A DNA stretch of 64,000 bases from the IMG/VR virus record IMGVR_UViG_3300020045_010841, positions 32,001 to 96,000 of that record; one strand, given 5' to 3'. The translations under genes and the position numbers were made by a program. Below are positions 17,721 to 29,000 of this stretch, in pieces. The stretch's first letter is position 1. Each line of letters opens with the position of its first letter. Under the pieces are notes generated by a model that was not told where the DNA came from, ran no database searches, and saw only the letters and a list, made by a program, of their open reading frames with translations. The DNA comes from a virus.

Positions 17721-18725
17721 TTAAAAATCTATTTTAATTCTTAATAAACACTCTTTTGTGAAATCTTTTATTAATGGTTTACTAAGCTTAGCAACAGCCA
17801 ATAACTCATTTAAATCATTATATAAACCTACTGTTGTTATAAATGTTTGGGGATTATTAACTAAGGTAGGGTGATAAAATTCACCATTATTATTTATTAC
17901 GGATGGGTTAGTTGTATAATTAAATTCACTATTTTTAACTCTAACAAATATATAATCAGATGTAATTGTTTCTTCACTATTTAAAGAAAAATAAGCTCCA
18001 GTATTTATAGAATTAAATAATGCAACATTTGTATTTTGTAGTGCCGATGAATTATCAGAATAATCTATTGAAATTCCTATCCCCCCACTTACATAAGGTA
18101 ATGATAGTGCTCTTGGATTTAATAAAATCAATCCAACATCTGGTAAAAATTTACCATATGATCCCGAAATAGTTTTTCCACTTCCACTTATTGCAGTTCC
18201 ATTACTTCCACTAACAATGTCAAATATTCTACCCGCATCACAATAATTAATTGTTGTTGAATCTTTACTATTATTAGTTAATTTTAATGAACCTGAAGTA
18301 CTTCCTAAATACATATTAAAGGTATTTAAGAATAACTTTTCTTTATATCTAGCACGCTCTATATTTATTATATAAACATCTGGAGATGATGTATTTCCCG
18401 TTCCGAAATTAATAAAAGTATTTTCGTCTCCATTGATTAATGTTCTTATTTGACCATAATTGATTCTGGTTGGTGAATTCGTTGGTACTAAAGGATTTAT
18501 TAATGCGGAGCCTGAACCTTCTGCGTGTCCGTAATTTATAGAAAATTGAACCTCAGATAATGGGTCTACGGATGGGTTTGTAGAATATACAGGTAAATAA
18601 TTATTAGTATTTATTGAATCTTTGTATAAGGCATTTATGGTAGTTAAATTATTACTCCACAATGTTGATACTATTGAGTCTGAACTAATTTGTATGTCTT
18701 CTGCATTTATTTGGGTGAAGCTCAT
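17721..18725 (-). CDS. Baseplate/tail structural protein
   Basis: C-terminal EFNYTTNP..FITTVGLYNDLNELLAVAKLSKP; structural context. Confidence 0.65.
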   Translation of the reverse strand: MSFTQINAEDIQISSDSIVSTLWSNNLTTINALYKDSINTNNYLPVYSTNPSVDPLSEVQFSINYGHAEGSGSALINPLVPTNSPTRINYGQIRTLINGDENTFINFGTGNTSSPDVYIINIERARYKEKLFLNTFNMYLGSTSGSLKLTNNSKDSTTINYCDAGRIFDIVSGSNGTAISGSGKTISGSYGKFLPDVGLILLNPRALSLPYVSGGIGISIDYSDNSSALQNTNVALFNSINTGAYFSLNSEETITSDYIFVRVKNSEFNYTTNPSVINNNGEFYHPTLVNNPQTFITTVGLYNDLNELLAVAKLSKPLIKDFTKECLLRIKIDF

Positions 18726-19381
18726 TATTTTATTTTATTTAAAGTTATTGGGATTGTTATTCTACTTCCACTATCTCTACCAGTTATGGTTAATATGGTT
18801 GATATAGAAGATAATGAACCAAATAATGTATTTACAGTTGTACCAGTGATATTTAATGTTGTACCTATAACTGTTTTAGAAACATTAGTTCCTATAGTTG
18901 AGGTTGAATTTAATTTTTGGACTTCTGGTGTAGTAATGCCCATTCCTTCAAAATTTGATAACAGTCTTGAATCCCCAATTGTAAATGTATATCCTGATGA
19001 TTCATATGTCGATGTCGAACCTAAATAATTTAAGGTTTGGGGAGTTATACTTAAAGAAGAACCCTGTTTAATATTAATATTGACATAACCAACATCAAGT
19101 ATAGGTATTTTAGCTGTTCCTCTAGGTAAAGTTATTAATTTATATTTCATCATTTGAGTTTCATCAGGGAATGCTTCTAGTACAGGCATAGCTTCTATAG
19201 CTTCACCAAAAAATGCAGAACCAGATGGGTGATTAGGATTATATAATGTATAATCTATTTCATCATCAGATAAAGCAAATTGTGTTATTTTGAATGATCC
19301 GTCATTTTTTGCCAATAATTCTCTCCCCTTTTTGGTAAGAATAGCATCTATCGATATATTGTTTCCTGCTAAATATCCCAT
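18725..19381 (-). CDS. Virion structural protein
   Basis: DAILTKKGRELLA..ITQFALSDDEIDY N-terminus typical of tail-collar/baseplate-associated proteins; late motif at ~19399. Confidence 0.6.
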   Translation of the reverse strand: MGYLAGNNISIDAILTKKGRELLAKNDGSFKITQFALSDDEIDYTLYNPNHPSGSAFFGEAIEAMPVLEAFPDETQMMKYKLITLPRGTAKIPILDVGYVNINIKQGSSLSITPQTLNYLGSTSTYESSGYTFTIGDSRLLSNFEGMGITTPEVQKLNSTSTIGTNVSKTVIGTTLNITGTTVNTLFGSLSSISTILTITGRDSGSRITIPITLNKIK

Positions 19382-19414
19382 ATTATTTTGTTATTTATTA
19401 TAAATATATATAAA

Positions 19415-22400
19415 TTAAATTAGTTTTTGATCTTTTAATTGTTTTATTATATTACCCGATTTATCTTTTGTTGATTTACTTATATTTTTAGATAAAATAG
19501 TCCCAGAAGATGTTTGTCCTTCTTTTTTATTTTTGTTTATTATAATATTAGTTTCATCCAATATTTTAGATAAAAAGATAAAGTTTTGTATTTTCTTAGA
19601 TAGGTTTCTATTTTCTGGATAATCCAAACATGATTGATTAACTATTGGGTTTTTTAATTCAATAACTAATCTATTATCATATGTTCCAGATACAGGAGCG
19701 CTTAAAGGATAATGTACCGTTTTAACTTCATTTTCTAAATTTATAGGAAAAGATTTTTTATTAACATCCCAAAGTCTCACCAAATCTCCCGTTTTTATAT
19801 TAAAATTTTCAACAACATCTTCATAACCAAAAGAAAATAATTCAGGGGCAGTTTGCATTACGTTATTTCCTCTATTCACTTGATTATATATTATGTTAGA
19901 TAAATCATATGAACACGTTAATAAATTAGTTATTGAACCACTTATAACACTATTCCCTCTCTCAAAATACCAATTTTCTATAGGATTTGAATATGGATTA
20001 AATCCATTATCTAAAGCTGTATCTATATATACATATTCTGGAGGAGTAGTATTGTAATATGGAGAAGAGGGTAGACTAACTTCATTTGTTATTATTTGTG
20101 GTGATGAAGTAAATTGAATTCCTCCGGTTCCAATATTTTCAAAATTTATTTGACCTTTAATATATCCTTCAATTCCACTAATATTTTTAATTATTATATC
20201 TCCATTATTCACTCCTTTTGGTAATATTATCATCCCCTCAAAAGGAAATTCTATATCTCCAGAAATACTATTTATTCCTTCAACAGGATAGGTATTAGAA
20301 CCAGATGTGTGAGATACATTTCCTCCAAAATCATTATAAAACCAAGGATATGTTATTTTTGCATTAGTTTCACTAGCTGTAACTTTAATATAATCGACTC
20401 CCAAACCAATAGAATAATTAACAGGAGATATATTTCCTGTTCCTACTATTATAGTATGAATAGTATAATCATTAAAATTATAAAAATATGCTGTAGTTCC
20501 TATAGGTATTCTTGCACTTCCTATATTATCTTGTGGAACTATATAAGCTGGAGGGAAATTTGCATTAGTTGCTAATTGATTTACATGTATTAAATCTTGA
20601 GGAACGTTAAAAGTACCAGATAATAGTGAATTAACTGAAAATATTTGGGCCTTTAAATTTGTTGGTGGAGATATAGGAGCCATAAATTTAATAGTTCCTA
20701 CTATTCTTTGTCGTATTTCCCCAGTATATGAAGTATTTCTCCTAACGTTAATATATAATTTTGAATCTAAGGTTGAAGTGATTATTCCTGATGATACTTG
20801 GTTTTTAGGTAAAGAAATAGTTGGAGCTTGTAATGGATATATGCTTCCCAGAATTAAACTATTTAATGGTAAATTTTCTATACTAGAGGAACCACTCACG
20901 TTTGCTAATTCAATATCTTCTTCATATGATAATTCCAAATGATTATGACTGGAGTTAACATCTGTAAAATTCTGATACACCGGTTCATATCTATATCCTA
21001 CGGCAAAAGTTGATATTAGTCCGTCTAATTTTTTCTGTTCAGTTGGGTTTTGATTATCATCTAATATTATATCTACATCATCTTTTTCATATATAGATTG
21101 GACATCAAATATATGTTGATTTTGGCGAGTTAGTTCGGTAATATTAGCTTCTTCATCTATAAAATACTTAGCATATACATTATTTCTTCCAGGAAGTGTT
21201 AAATTTTGTGATGTAATTTCTGAGAAATATATGAATTTTGTTGTATTTTTATCTATGACTGGTTGTTTACCATAAGATATATCTCCGTTATTATATTTAT
21301 TATATTCTTTTGAAACCATTTTACATCCATTATATCTAGGATTGTTATGTCTAATTAAGGAATAGTTACTTTCTTGTATTTCTGCATTAATTATTTTGTT
21401 ATTTACTCCTAAAAATAATGAAGAAGTAATATAATTTATATTACCGGGAGTATTAATGTTTGAATAATAATCTACATTTAGATATTTTTTACTAGTTTTA
21501 GATTTTTCAACATTATTTAATAAAGGATTTAATATTATTTTAGAATATGAATGATATAAATCTACATTTTCTGGGCTTAATTTGTTTTCTTCATATATTA
21601 TATTAGATTTAGAAGAAGAATGAATCGTTAATCCACTTCCAAAAAATTCTCCATTATATAATTCTTTATTATCATCATTAGATATTTCTATATTTCCTAA
21701 AATGGAATTTTCAATTTTCTTATTATTGGATGAAAAAGAAGTATTTAATGGATTATCACCCTGTATAAAAGCCGTATTAATATTTCCATCAATATTTTTA
21801 TATTCTACATTAGGTTCGAATTTTTGTATTTTATTCTTTTCTAAAATGTGAGGTTTTATAACTAATCCAGAAGACAATATTGATTTCCCTGGTATAAAGT
21901 CTTTCACCATTTTAAATAAAGAATTATCAAGATAGGACAATAATTTAATAGTTCCAGATATATCTTGTTTTTTTAAATATTTTTGGAAGTAAAATAATTT
22001 AAGATTATTTAAATCTTTATATGATGTTTTATTTGAATCTTTAGGATCTCCTATATATTCATCTATGTTAAAATTTCCTAATTGACTTATTATGTCACTA
22101 TTGATTGAATTTTGAGGAGATATTCCTATTTCTATCTTAGATGAATTTTTTACTTGATTATATGTTGGTTTTTTTACTATAGAAACAATTGGGGATAATG
22201 TATTATCAGGTAATGTTTCTGTTTCTATAATTTTTATTTTTTGATTAGATTCAACAAAATTACCTCCATTAGGAACATTTATTAAATATTGTTCATAATT
22301 AGATTCATATGTAGTTTCAGCATAATTATATAATTCAGCTTTTGATATAAGTGTAACCCCATCAATAAATGAAGAAAGTGGTGAAGGATGAACGGAATAT

Positions 22401-24874
22401 AAATATTGTTCTATATTATTATCTAATTCACTCCCTAAAGGTAATCTAAATATTAGATTATCATAAGATCCAGTTTCATTTCCATATGATATTGATTTAG
22501 GATTTAATATATGTTCTTTAATATTATTTACAGGAATAGAACCAACCCAATATCTAAACTCTTGCATAACATAAGATTGTTGATTATTATATGAACCCGG
22601 GTAAATAAAATCATTTATATTCCAACACTTATTGAAATTAGATTGCAAATTTCCATCTATTGATACAGAACATGATTCCAAATATTGTATTCCATGTTCA
22701 TTTTTATTTCCTATAGTTAAAATATATTTATTATCCGAACCAGTTTCATAAGATCTAATTCCCCCATTTTCTCTAGTCCAAACTATATTCCACCAATCAT
22801 TATTATATAACGGAAGAGTAATTGATGGAGATGCAATTTCCCCTCCTAAAAGATCACCTAAAATAAAATTAATACTTGCTAAAGCACCACTGATATGAGT
22901 TATGTTTATCTTTTTAGAATCTGTTCCACTTTCAAATATTGGTTGAATAGAGTAAATATCATTTAATTTAAATCGGAATTCAATAGAATCAGGATATATA
23001 TCACTATATCCAGTATCTATATATTGTTTATTAGAGGGAAGGAAAGGGATTTCTAAAGTACCACTAACATTTAAATTTAAAGCATAATTAAACTTTTCAT
23101 TAATTTCTTCAATAAAATCTTGTTCTTTAATAACCCCTCCAAACTCTTTAACATCTAGTATTGTTTTAGGAATGCCAAAACAATTAATTAACGCGCGAAT
23201 TCCTTTTCTGGTACCACGTGATTTAAGAAGATAGGGTAAGTTATGATATATTCTTTTATACGTTTCTTTAACAATATCATTTTCTGGTATAGTATAGTTA
23301 GAAGCTGATACGTAATTAGTTATTTGATATGAACCTGTTTGAGGCAAAAATGTCCCATCAGGATTGACTCCTAATAATGAGGAATATATATTTTCATTAC
23401 TTCTAGAATTGGTATATAATTTAATACCAAAAGATTTTAATGTCTCAGCTACTAAATCTTTGGATATTCCACTATTTAATCTATTATCTGCTAAATTTTT
23501 ATTAGTTATATCTTTAACATAAGTCCATATATAATCAAAATGTTGACCCATCATAGAAATAATTAATTCTAGTTGAATATTTTGAGAGTCATATTTTATA
23601 TATTCTGGGAGATTATTCCATATATAATCTCTATTTTGATTATCATAATTAGAAGCATCTAATAACATTCCCCCATAATACCCAGAAGTATCACTGTCTG
23701 AACCTAACCACTCTAAAACTATATTATCATTGATATTATGATTTATATAAGGTTTAGTATTATTTGTTTTTGGGAAAGAATTTGACCCAGATTCATAATA
23801 CATAAAATATTCATAACCATCAAAAGTTTGGGTAATATTATCTATTTGGGAATGTAATTTTATTAAGGAATTGTTTATACTTCCCGTTTCTATAGATGAT
23901 GATAAATTATTTAAAATATTTATATCATTTTCAATTTTTTGTATTTGATCTATTTTAAATATAAAATTTTCCAATCTTCCTTTAGCAGATGAGAAATGAA
24001 CAAATTCTTCTAAATAATTGTAATCTATATTTATTTGTATATTATCACTAATTAAAGATGCTAATTGATTATAAGAAGAGGATATATTACTGTCTAATAT
24101 ATTAGATATATTTAAATACTGAGTTGAAGTACTTATTGAATCATTTATTTTAATATCGAAATTTGGTCCTCTAAGTGGAAAATTATTAATATTACTTTCT
24201 ATTACAACATCTTTATTTAATCTGTAGGATTGAGGATCAGATATTATTTCAGCAACCCATAATTGATCTTTTATTTTATAATCGTTAGATAAGGGCTCAT
24301 ATAATTTAATATATAAACTAGAAATATCTGTGTTAATATTATCTAATGCTATATTAACTCCAATTATATTTTTGTTATTACCAAAATTTAAAATAAAATC
24401 TGAGTAAAAACTTCTCTGATTGCGATTAATTATATATTCTAGGTATGATGATTGTAAATCAGAATAAACTATTTTATCTGAAGATAATTTGATTTCTGTT
24501 CTATCATTAGATATTTCTTTTATAAAGAATTTAATATTATTAGAACTACCAAATAATAGTCTATAAAAATTATATAGCACATCAAATTGCCCTTTATCAT
24601 AACCATATGATAATAGATCTTGTTCTGGGTTTACTTCTATTAAATTAAATAATGATGAGTTTTCTAAATTATTTCCATTTTTATAGTTTTTAAAGTCATA
24701 ATTAGATTCTAAAATATTTCCGGAAGGAGATAATATAAACATTTCTATAATATCATTTCCTAATCCAAATTCTTTATTTATTTGAATTGAATTTAATATA
24801 TTTGTATCCTCTAATTTATATGTTTGATTTATATATTGAGTAGAGTCTATATTTTCGATTTGAAATTCGTTCAT
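19415..24874 (-). CDS. Large baseplate wedge / tail structural protein
   Basis: 1819 aa; RIYHNLPYLLKSRGTRKGIRALINCFGIP baseplate-wedge-like motif, LamG-like central region. Confidence 0.65.
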   Translation of the reverse strand: MNEFQIENIDSTQYINQTYKLEDTNILNSIQINKEFGLGNDIIEMFILSPSGNILESNYDFKNYKNGNNLENSSLFNLIEVNPEQDLLSYGYDKGQFDVLYNFYRLLFGSSNNIKFFIKEISNDRTEIKLSSDKIVYSDLQSSYLEYIINRNQRSFYSDFILNFGNNKNIIGVNIALDNINTDISSLYIKLYEPLSNDYKIKDQLWVAEIISDPQSYRLNKDVVIESNINNFPLRGPNFDIKINDSISTSTQYLNISNILDSNISSSYNQLASLISDNIQINIDYNYLEEFVHFSSAKGRLENFIFKIDQIQKIENDINILNNLSSSIETGSINNSLIKLHSQIDNITQTFDGYEYFMYYESGSNSFPKTNNTKPYINHNINDNIVLEWLGSDSDTSGYYGGMLLDASNYDNQNRDYIWNNLPEYIKYDSQNIQLELIISMMGQHFDYIWTYVKDITNKNLADNRLNSGISKDLVAETLKSFGIKLYTNSRSNENIYSSLLGVNPDGTFLPQTGSYQITNYVSASNYTIPENDIVKETYKRIYHNLPYLLKSRGTRKGIRALINCFGIPKTILDVKEFGGVIKEQDFIEEINEKFNYALNLNVSGTLEIPFLPSNKQYIDTGYSDIYPDSIEFRFKLNDIYSIQPIFESGTDSKKINITHISGALASINFILGDLLGGEIASPSITLPLYNNDWWNIVWTRENGGIRSYETGSDNKYILTIGNKNEHGIQYLESCSVSIDGNLQSNFNKCWNINDFIYPGSYNNQQSYVMQEFRYWVGSIPVNNIKEHILNPKSISYGNETGSYDNLIFRLPLGSELDNNIEQYLYSVHPSPLSSFIDGVTLISKAELYNYAETTYESNYEQYLINVPNGGNFVESNQKIKIIETETLPDNTLSPIVSIVKKPTYNQVKNSSKIEIGISPQNSINSDIISQLGNFNIDEYIGDPKDSNKTSYKDLNNLKLFYFQKYLKKQDISGTIKLLSYLDNSLFKMVKDFIPGKSILSSGLVIKPHILEKNKIQKFEPNVEYKNIDGNINTAFIQGDNPLNTSFSSNNKKIENSILGNIEISNDDNKELYNGEFFGSGLTIHSSSKSNIIYEENKLSPENVDLYHSYSKIILNPLLNNVEKSKTSKKYLNVDYYSNINTPGNINYITSSLFLGVNNKIINAEIQESNYSLIRHNNPRYNGCKMVSKEYNKYNNGDISYGKQPVIDKNTTKFIYFSEITSQNLTLPGRNNVYAKYFIDEEANITELTRQNQHIFDVQSIYEKDDVDIILDDNQNPTEQKKLDGLISTFAVGYRYEPVYQNFTDVNSSHNHLELSYEEDIELANVSGSSSIENLPLNSLILGSIYPLQAPTISLPKNQVSSGIITSTLDSKLYINVRRNTSYTGEIRQRIVGTIKFMAPISPPTNLKAQIFSVNSLLSGTFNVPQDLIHVNQLATNANFPPAYIVPQDNIGSARIPIGTTAYFYNFNDYTIHTIIVGTGNISPVNYSIGLGVDYIKVTASETNAKITYPWFYNDFGGNVSHTSGSNTYPVEGINSISGDIEFPFEGMIILPKGVNNGDIIIKNISGIEGYIKGQINFENIGTGGIQFTSSPQIITNEVSLPSSPYYNTTPPEYVYIDTALDNGFNPYSNPIENWYFERGNSVISGSITNLLTCSYDLSNIIYNQVNRGNNVMQTAPELFSFGYEDVVENFNIKTGDLVRLWDVNKKSFPINLENEVKTVHYPLSAPVSGTYDNRLVIELKNPIVNQSCLDYPENRNLSKKIQNFIFLSKILDETNIIINKNKKEGQTSSGTILSKNISKSTKDKSGNIIKQLKDQKLI

Positions 24875-24880
24875 TATTTA

Positions 24881-25216
24881 TTATTGGGTTAAATCGTCTA
24901 TTATTTGTCTTGATTCTAATAGTTCTAATCTAAGTTGGTTTATTTCCTCTAAAAGGAGGTCTATTTCATCTGTATTTTGGGTTTCACCAACATATTCTGT
25001 ACTTCTTTTTATTAATTCTTTATGAGAATTTATTTCGCCTTCAATAGGTATATCAAAAAATAATTTATTATATAAATCAAAAAAATCATCGACTGTTGGT
25101 TCATCAGTAACAGTTAACTTAGGAGTAGTTATTAATTGGGTGAAATTAACGTCTATAACTTTAGGATATGATGTTTTATTATATACTGTTTTATTTAATT
25201 CTATTATTTCTTCCAT
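24881..25216 (-). CDS. Hypothetical structural-module protein
   Basis: 111 aa with C-terminal coiled coil. Confidence 0.65.
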   Translation of the reverse strand: MEEIIELNKTVYNKTSYPKVIDVNFTQLITTPKLTVTDEPTVDDFFDLYNKLFFDIPIEGEINSHKELIKRSTEYVGETQNTDEIDLLLEEINQLRLELLESRQIIDDLTQ

Positions 25217-26217
25217 TATCTACTAACTTTAAAATAGTTATTTGGATTATCAACAATCACTACATTATTTCCTATTATTGTTTTTATTAATATTTGGTAA
25301 TATCGTTCAGGTTGTAATCCATTCATATATAAAGTAAAATAATTCCCATTATTATCTGCTCCTATTTTTGTTCCAATATTATTATAATCTATTATAATTT
25401 CTTTAGATTTAACATCTTTAAGAGCCCAATATGACTCTGATGGAAGGATTTTGTTATTTAAATATACGGAGCTTGTTTGGAATTGCCTAATCGGATATAT
25501 ATCTCTATTTTTGATTATAAATTTATGAATGCTATTTTCAGAATATAATAATTTATTATTAGTAATAGTTGTTTTAAATTCTTCATTATTAATAACTCCC
25601 AAAGATGAGGAAAATAATGTATCATTCCAATAAAATTCCAAACATGGTGGATATATAGTATGAGTATCAGATGAAAAATATCTAGTTGATATAGATAAAG
25701 AAGATTCATCAGTGTTTGAATATTTTAATATAAATCCATTATTATCAACAAGATTATTATTCCAATTATTTATTATAGAAGTAACATCACATGATATATC
25801 CTTGTTATCTTGATATCCAAAAGATTGGGATATACCAAAATCAATATAGCTTCCCCCATTCCATAATGATGATGAAGTATTAGAAGAATTCCAACAAGAA
25901 CCATTTTGGGGATTTGGATTATCTTCAAATCTTCCGGTACCCATATCCCAAGATTGAGATAAAGCGTGAATCTCTATATTATAATCTTGGGGAAGCTCCG
26001 AAGCATTTGCTAAATATAATTTTAAATTTGTTTTATAACTTCCTGATATATTATTTATTACACTGTTTATTTCTTCGCTATCGAACTGTATAATAGCTCT
26101 TGAAGAATTTGTTGTATCAGAAGATATATCTAGTATTTCATCTCTTCCGTAATTTTGAGTAGGTTTAATAGATGAAATAAAATTATCTTTTATAGGGAAT
26201 ATTAAATATGTTGCCAT
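25216..26217 (-). CDS. Virion protein, DNRLRE/CBM96-like
   Basis: KDNFIS..NYG..SRAIIQFD..LKLY..DVTSII..NNGFILK..PCLE pattern. Confidence 0.6.
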   Translation of the reverse strand: MATYLIFPIKDNFISSIKPTQNYGRDEILDISSDTTNSSRAIIQFDSEEINSVINNISGSYKTNLKLYLANASELPQDYNIEIHALSQSWDMGTGRFEDNPNPQNGSCWNSSNTSSSLWNGGSYIDFGISQSFGYQDNKDISCDVTSIINNWNNNLVDNNGFILKYSNTDESSLSISTRYFSSDTHTIYPPCLEFYWNDTLFSSSLGVINNEEFKTTITNNKLLYSENSIHKFIIKNRDIYPIRQFQTSSVYLNNKILPSESYWALKDVKSKEIIIDYNNIGTKIGADNNGNYFTLYMNGLQPERYYQILIKTIIGNNVVIVDNPNNYFKVSR

Positions 26218-26239
26218 TATGTTTATTTATAAATATAAT

Positions 26240-28087
26240 TTAAAAGTTAACAGTTCTACCGTGTATATCAGTATCGTTCTTTAATTCAAAAATACTGGGA
26301 TCTAATGATGGATATATGATTCCATTTATCGTTGCCGCTTTTATATCATAACCATATTTTGAATATCCATTTTCTTCACCGTTTTTATTATATATATGAA
26401 CATTTTTAACCGTTTGCACTCCTTCTACTTTATCTAGGATATTATATAATTCTGATGTAACAATGGGGTCATTTATTTTCCATTTGTCTATATTAAAGTG
26501 TTTTATTAATTCTTGTAAACACCCATTTAATACTAATCTATTATTGTAATTAGGTCTTAAAGTAATATCGAAATCTACTCCTATATTTATTATAAATGCA
26601 TCTTTTATATTTATAGCATCAGTGGATGTATTATATTCTTCTAAATATGTTTTTAGATTTGTTTTTAAAGCTAAATCAGCTGTAGTTAATTTATTATTAA
26701 TATCTTTTGATAATATATATAAAGATAATAAATTATTATCTCCATTATTGTTAAAGGAATCTTTTGTTATATAGGATTTAGAAATTATCCCAAACTCAGG
26801 AGGAAGAGAAAGGGTTCTTATTAAATAATCGTCTAATGTTACAGCACGAAGTTGAGTTGGATATGAAGATAATATATTTAATTTTAGATCTTCATTTGTA
26901 TCTCCATCTCCTCCTCCTATCCCAGGATTTGGATTATTAAAAGATAATGAATTAATAATAGTATTAGATAAAATAGAATCTAAATTATTTCCATAAAAAT
27001 TAATATTACCCGATGATAATATAGTTAATGTATTAGAAGAAACATTTGATTCTCTTCCACCCCCCACTAAATATTTAATATTTAATGTTGTGTTTGAAGG
27101 AGATATTCCATAGGTTTTAGTATATAAAAAATTAGAAGGATCAAATGCTGTATTTAATTTAGATATTCCATAAGGCAATCCCAAACCAATATTATCGAAA
27201 TTTGGGATAATTTCTTCATCTGGGGAAGAAGATATACCAGAGCCAAACTGAATTTCTAAATTGTTATTTGATTTAAATCTTGTTATAAATCGTTTTGGAA
27301 CTTTTTTTAATTTTAATAAATTTGGGGTGTTTGTTGAATATATTGATAAAGGATTATTAATATTTTTATTTTTCTCAAATATTGTTTCCTGTGCTAAATA
27401 GGGAACTTCAAACCATTGTTCCCCATCATTATCGGATACATTTAATATTTTTATTATTTTAGAATCATTTATCGAAATGGTTTTAAATCTTTCTGGTTCA
27501 TTAAAATCAAAAGAAATTGATTTTATTTCGCCCGAATATGCTTTTCTTTGTTTTTTTAATAAATAAAATTCAGGAAGTTGATTATTATTTAATGAGTAAA
27601 TACTTACTTCAGTTTCGTCATTAGAACCAGATATATTGAATTCTATTTTATCTTCTATATAAAATTTTACTTTTGAATCTAATGATGATTGAACTTGGGT
27701 ACCTTCATCTATTATTAAAGAATACGAATAATCAGGAGAAACAGAACCTGAAATAGTAATTGCAGGAACTAATTGATATATATCTAATAATGTATTAGAT
27801 ACATATGTTATTTGTGGTTTATATCCATAAACATATGCTTGGGATAGTAGGTTTTTTCTTTGTTTAGCAAATTGTAAAAAATTTTCTTGTATTTGATTAT
27901 CTTGATATAAAGATAAAACATCACCAACATATGAATTCATCTCAATTAACATCATCCCAGGAGATGATTCAGAAAAATCATTATATGTATTTGGATAATA
28001 GGTTTTAGCAAAATTTATTAATTTAGCTTTAAAACTATTAAAATCTTTTGCTATGTAATTTATATTTTTATCAATCATTTTTATCAA
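26240..28087 (-). CDS. Baseplate wedge subunit (T4 gp6/baseplate J-like)
   Basis: KDFNSFK..YPNTYNDFSESSPGMMLIE..YVGDVLS; IQFGSG; RAVTLDDY. Confidence 0.85.
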   Translation of the reverse strand: MIKMIDKNINYIAKDFNSFKAKLINFAKTYYPNTYNDFSESSPGMMLIEMNSYVGDVLSLYQDNQIQENFLQFAKQRKNLLSQAYVYGYKPQITYVSNTLLDIYQLVPAITISGSVSPDYSYSLIIDEGTQVQSSLDSKVKFYIEDKIEFNISGSNDETEVSIYSLNNNQLPEFYLLKKQRKAYSGEIKSISFDFNEPERFKTISINDSKIIKILNVSDNDGEQWFEVPYLAQETIFEKNKNINNPLSIYSTNTPNLLKLKKVPKRFITRFKSNNNLEIQFGSGISSSPDEEIIPNFDNIGLGLPYGISKLNTAFDPSNFLYTKTYGISPSNTTLNIKYLVGGGRESNVSSNTLTILSSGNINFYGNNLDSILSNTIINSLSFNNPNPGIGGGDGDTNEDLKLNILSSYPTQLRAVTLDDYLIRTLSLPPEFGIISKSYITKDSFNNNGDNNLLSLYILSKDINNKLTTADLALKTNLKTYLEEYNTSTDAINIKDAFIINIGVDFDITLRPNYNNRLVLNGCLQELIKHFNIDKWKINDPIVTSELYNILDKVEGVQTVKNVHIYNKNGEENGYSKYGYDIKAATINGIIYPSLDPSIFELKNDTDIHGRTVNF

Positions 28088-28481
28088 AATTTAACTGTAT
28101 GTCATCAGTTATATTAGTATTTAATATAGAATATTTTATATATATTGTTATAGTATTATTATCTGGTGTTATTATTATTTCTTCTAATTTAATATTAGGA
28201 AAATTATCCTTTACATAAGTAAATATTATATCTTCTATATTTTGTAAAGTATTATTAGATATTTGTTCAAATATTTGATTTCTTATATTTGAACCAAAAT
28301 TAGGATTTAATATTCTTTCTCTAGTCCCAGTTAATAAAAAATTTAATAAATTAGTTCTAATTGAATCTTTTGTGTTATAAGTTGTATTTAATCCTGTAGG
28401 TCCATCAAAAGGTATACTTATCCCAATACCTTTACTAGGTTGGAGATCTAAAGGGCTTATATTTTTTATTATATAACTCAT
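28071..28481 (-). CDS. Baseplate protein, gp25-like
   Basis: SIRTNLLNFLLTGTRERILNPNFGSNI motif. Confidence 0.85.
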   Translation of the reverse strand: MSYIIKNISPLDLQPSKGIGISIPFDGPTGLNTTYNTKDSIRTNLLNFLLTGTRERILNPNFGSNIRNQIFEQISNNTLQNIEDIIFTYVKDNFPNIKLEEIIITPDNNTITIYIKYSILNTNITDDIQLNFDKND

Positions 28482-28981
28482 TAAATTATTCCTTTATCTT
28501 TCATAGCCCCCATCAAATTAGAAAAATCAGGGACCACATCTATACTTATTTGATTTATATCATTTGTTTTTGGAGCACTTTGTAACATATCACCTACAGT
28601 ACCAACTTGGGTTTGAGTGGTACCATAATTATCATGAATGTATTCTTGAGCGTTACTTGAATCAAAGCCCCCAAATTGTTTCCAATCCTCTGCTGTATTA
28701 CTATATTTAGTTTCATTTAGAAGATCAATTAATGGATCTCCCGTAGTTTGATATATATTTTCATTTATAGGCAAACCTGTATTAATATATGGAGAGGGTT
28801 TATTTGTAATTGAGGATTGAGGAATTTTATTTATTCCAATATTAGTAGAACCACCGACCTTTTGGTATGGCTGTAGTATTTTAATTTGTTCCATTAAAGT
28901 AGTACGAAGATCATTCATTTCTTCTCTTACAACCTCTCTTACTGCTTCTTTTATTAATTGTTTAAATTGACTTACTTTCAT
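28481..28981 (-). CDS. Hypothetical protein with MKVSQFKQLIKEAVREVVREE leader
   Basis: 166 aa; late motif at ~28986. Confidence 0.65.
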   Translation of the reverse strand: MKVSQFKQLIKEAVREVVREEMNDLRTTLMEQIKILQPYQKVGGSTNIGINKIPQSSITNKPSPYINTGLPINENIYQTTGDPLIDLLNETKYSNTAEDWKQFGGFDSSNAQEYIHDNYGTTQTQVGTVGDMLQSAPKTNDINQISIDVVPDFSNLMGAMKDKGII

Positions 28982-29000
28982 GACTATAAATATTTAATTT

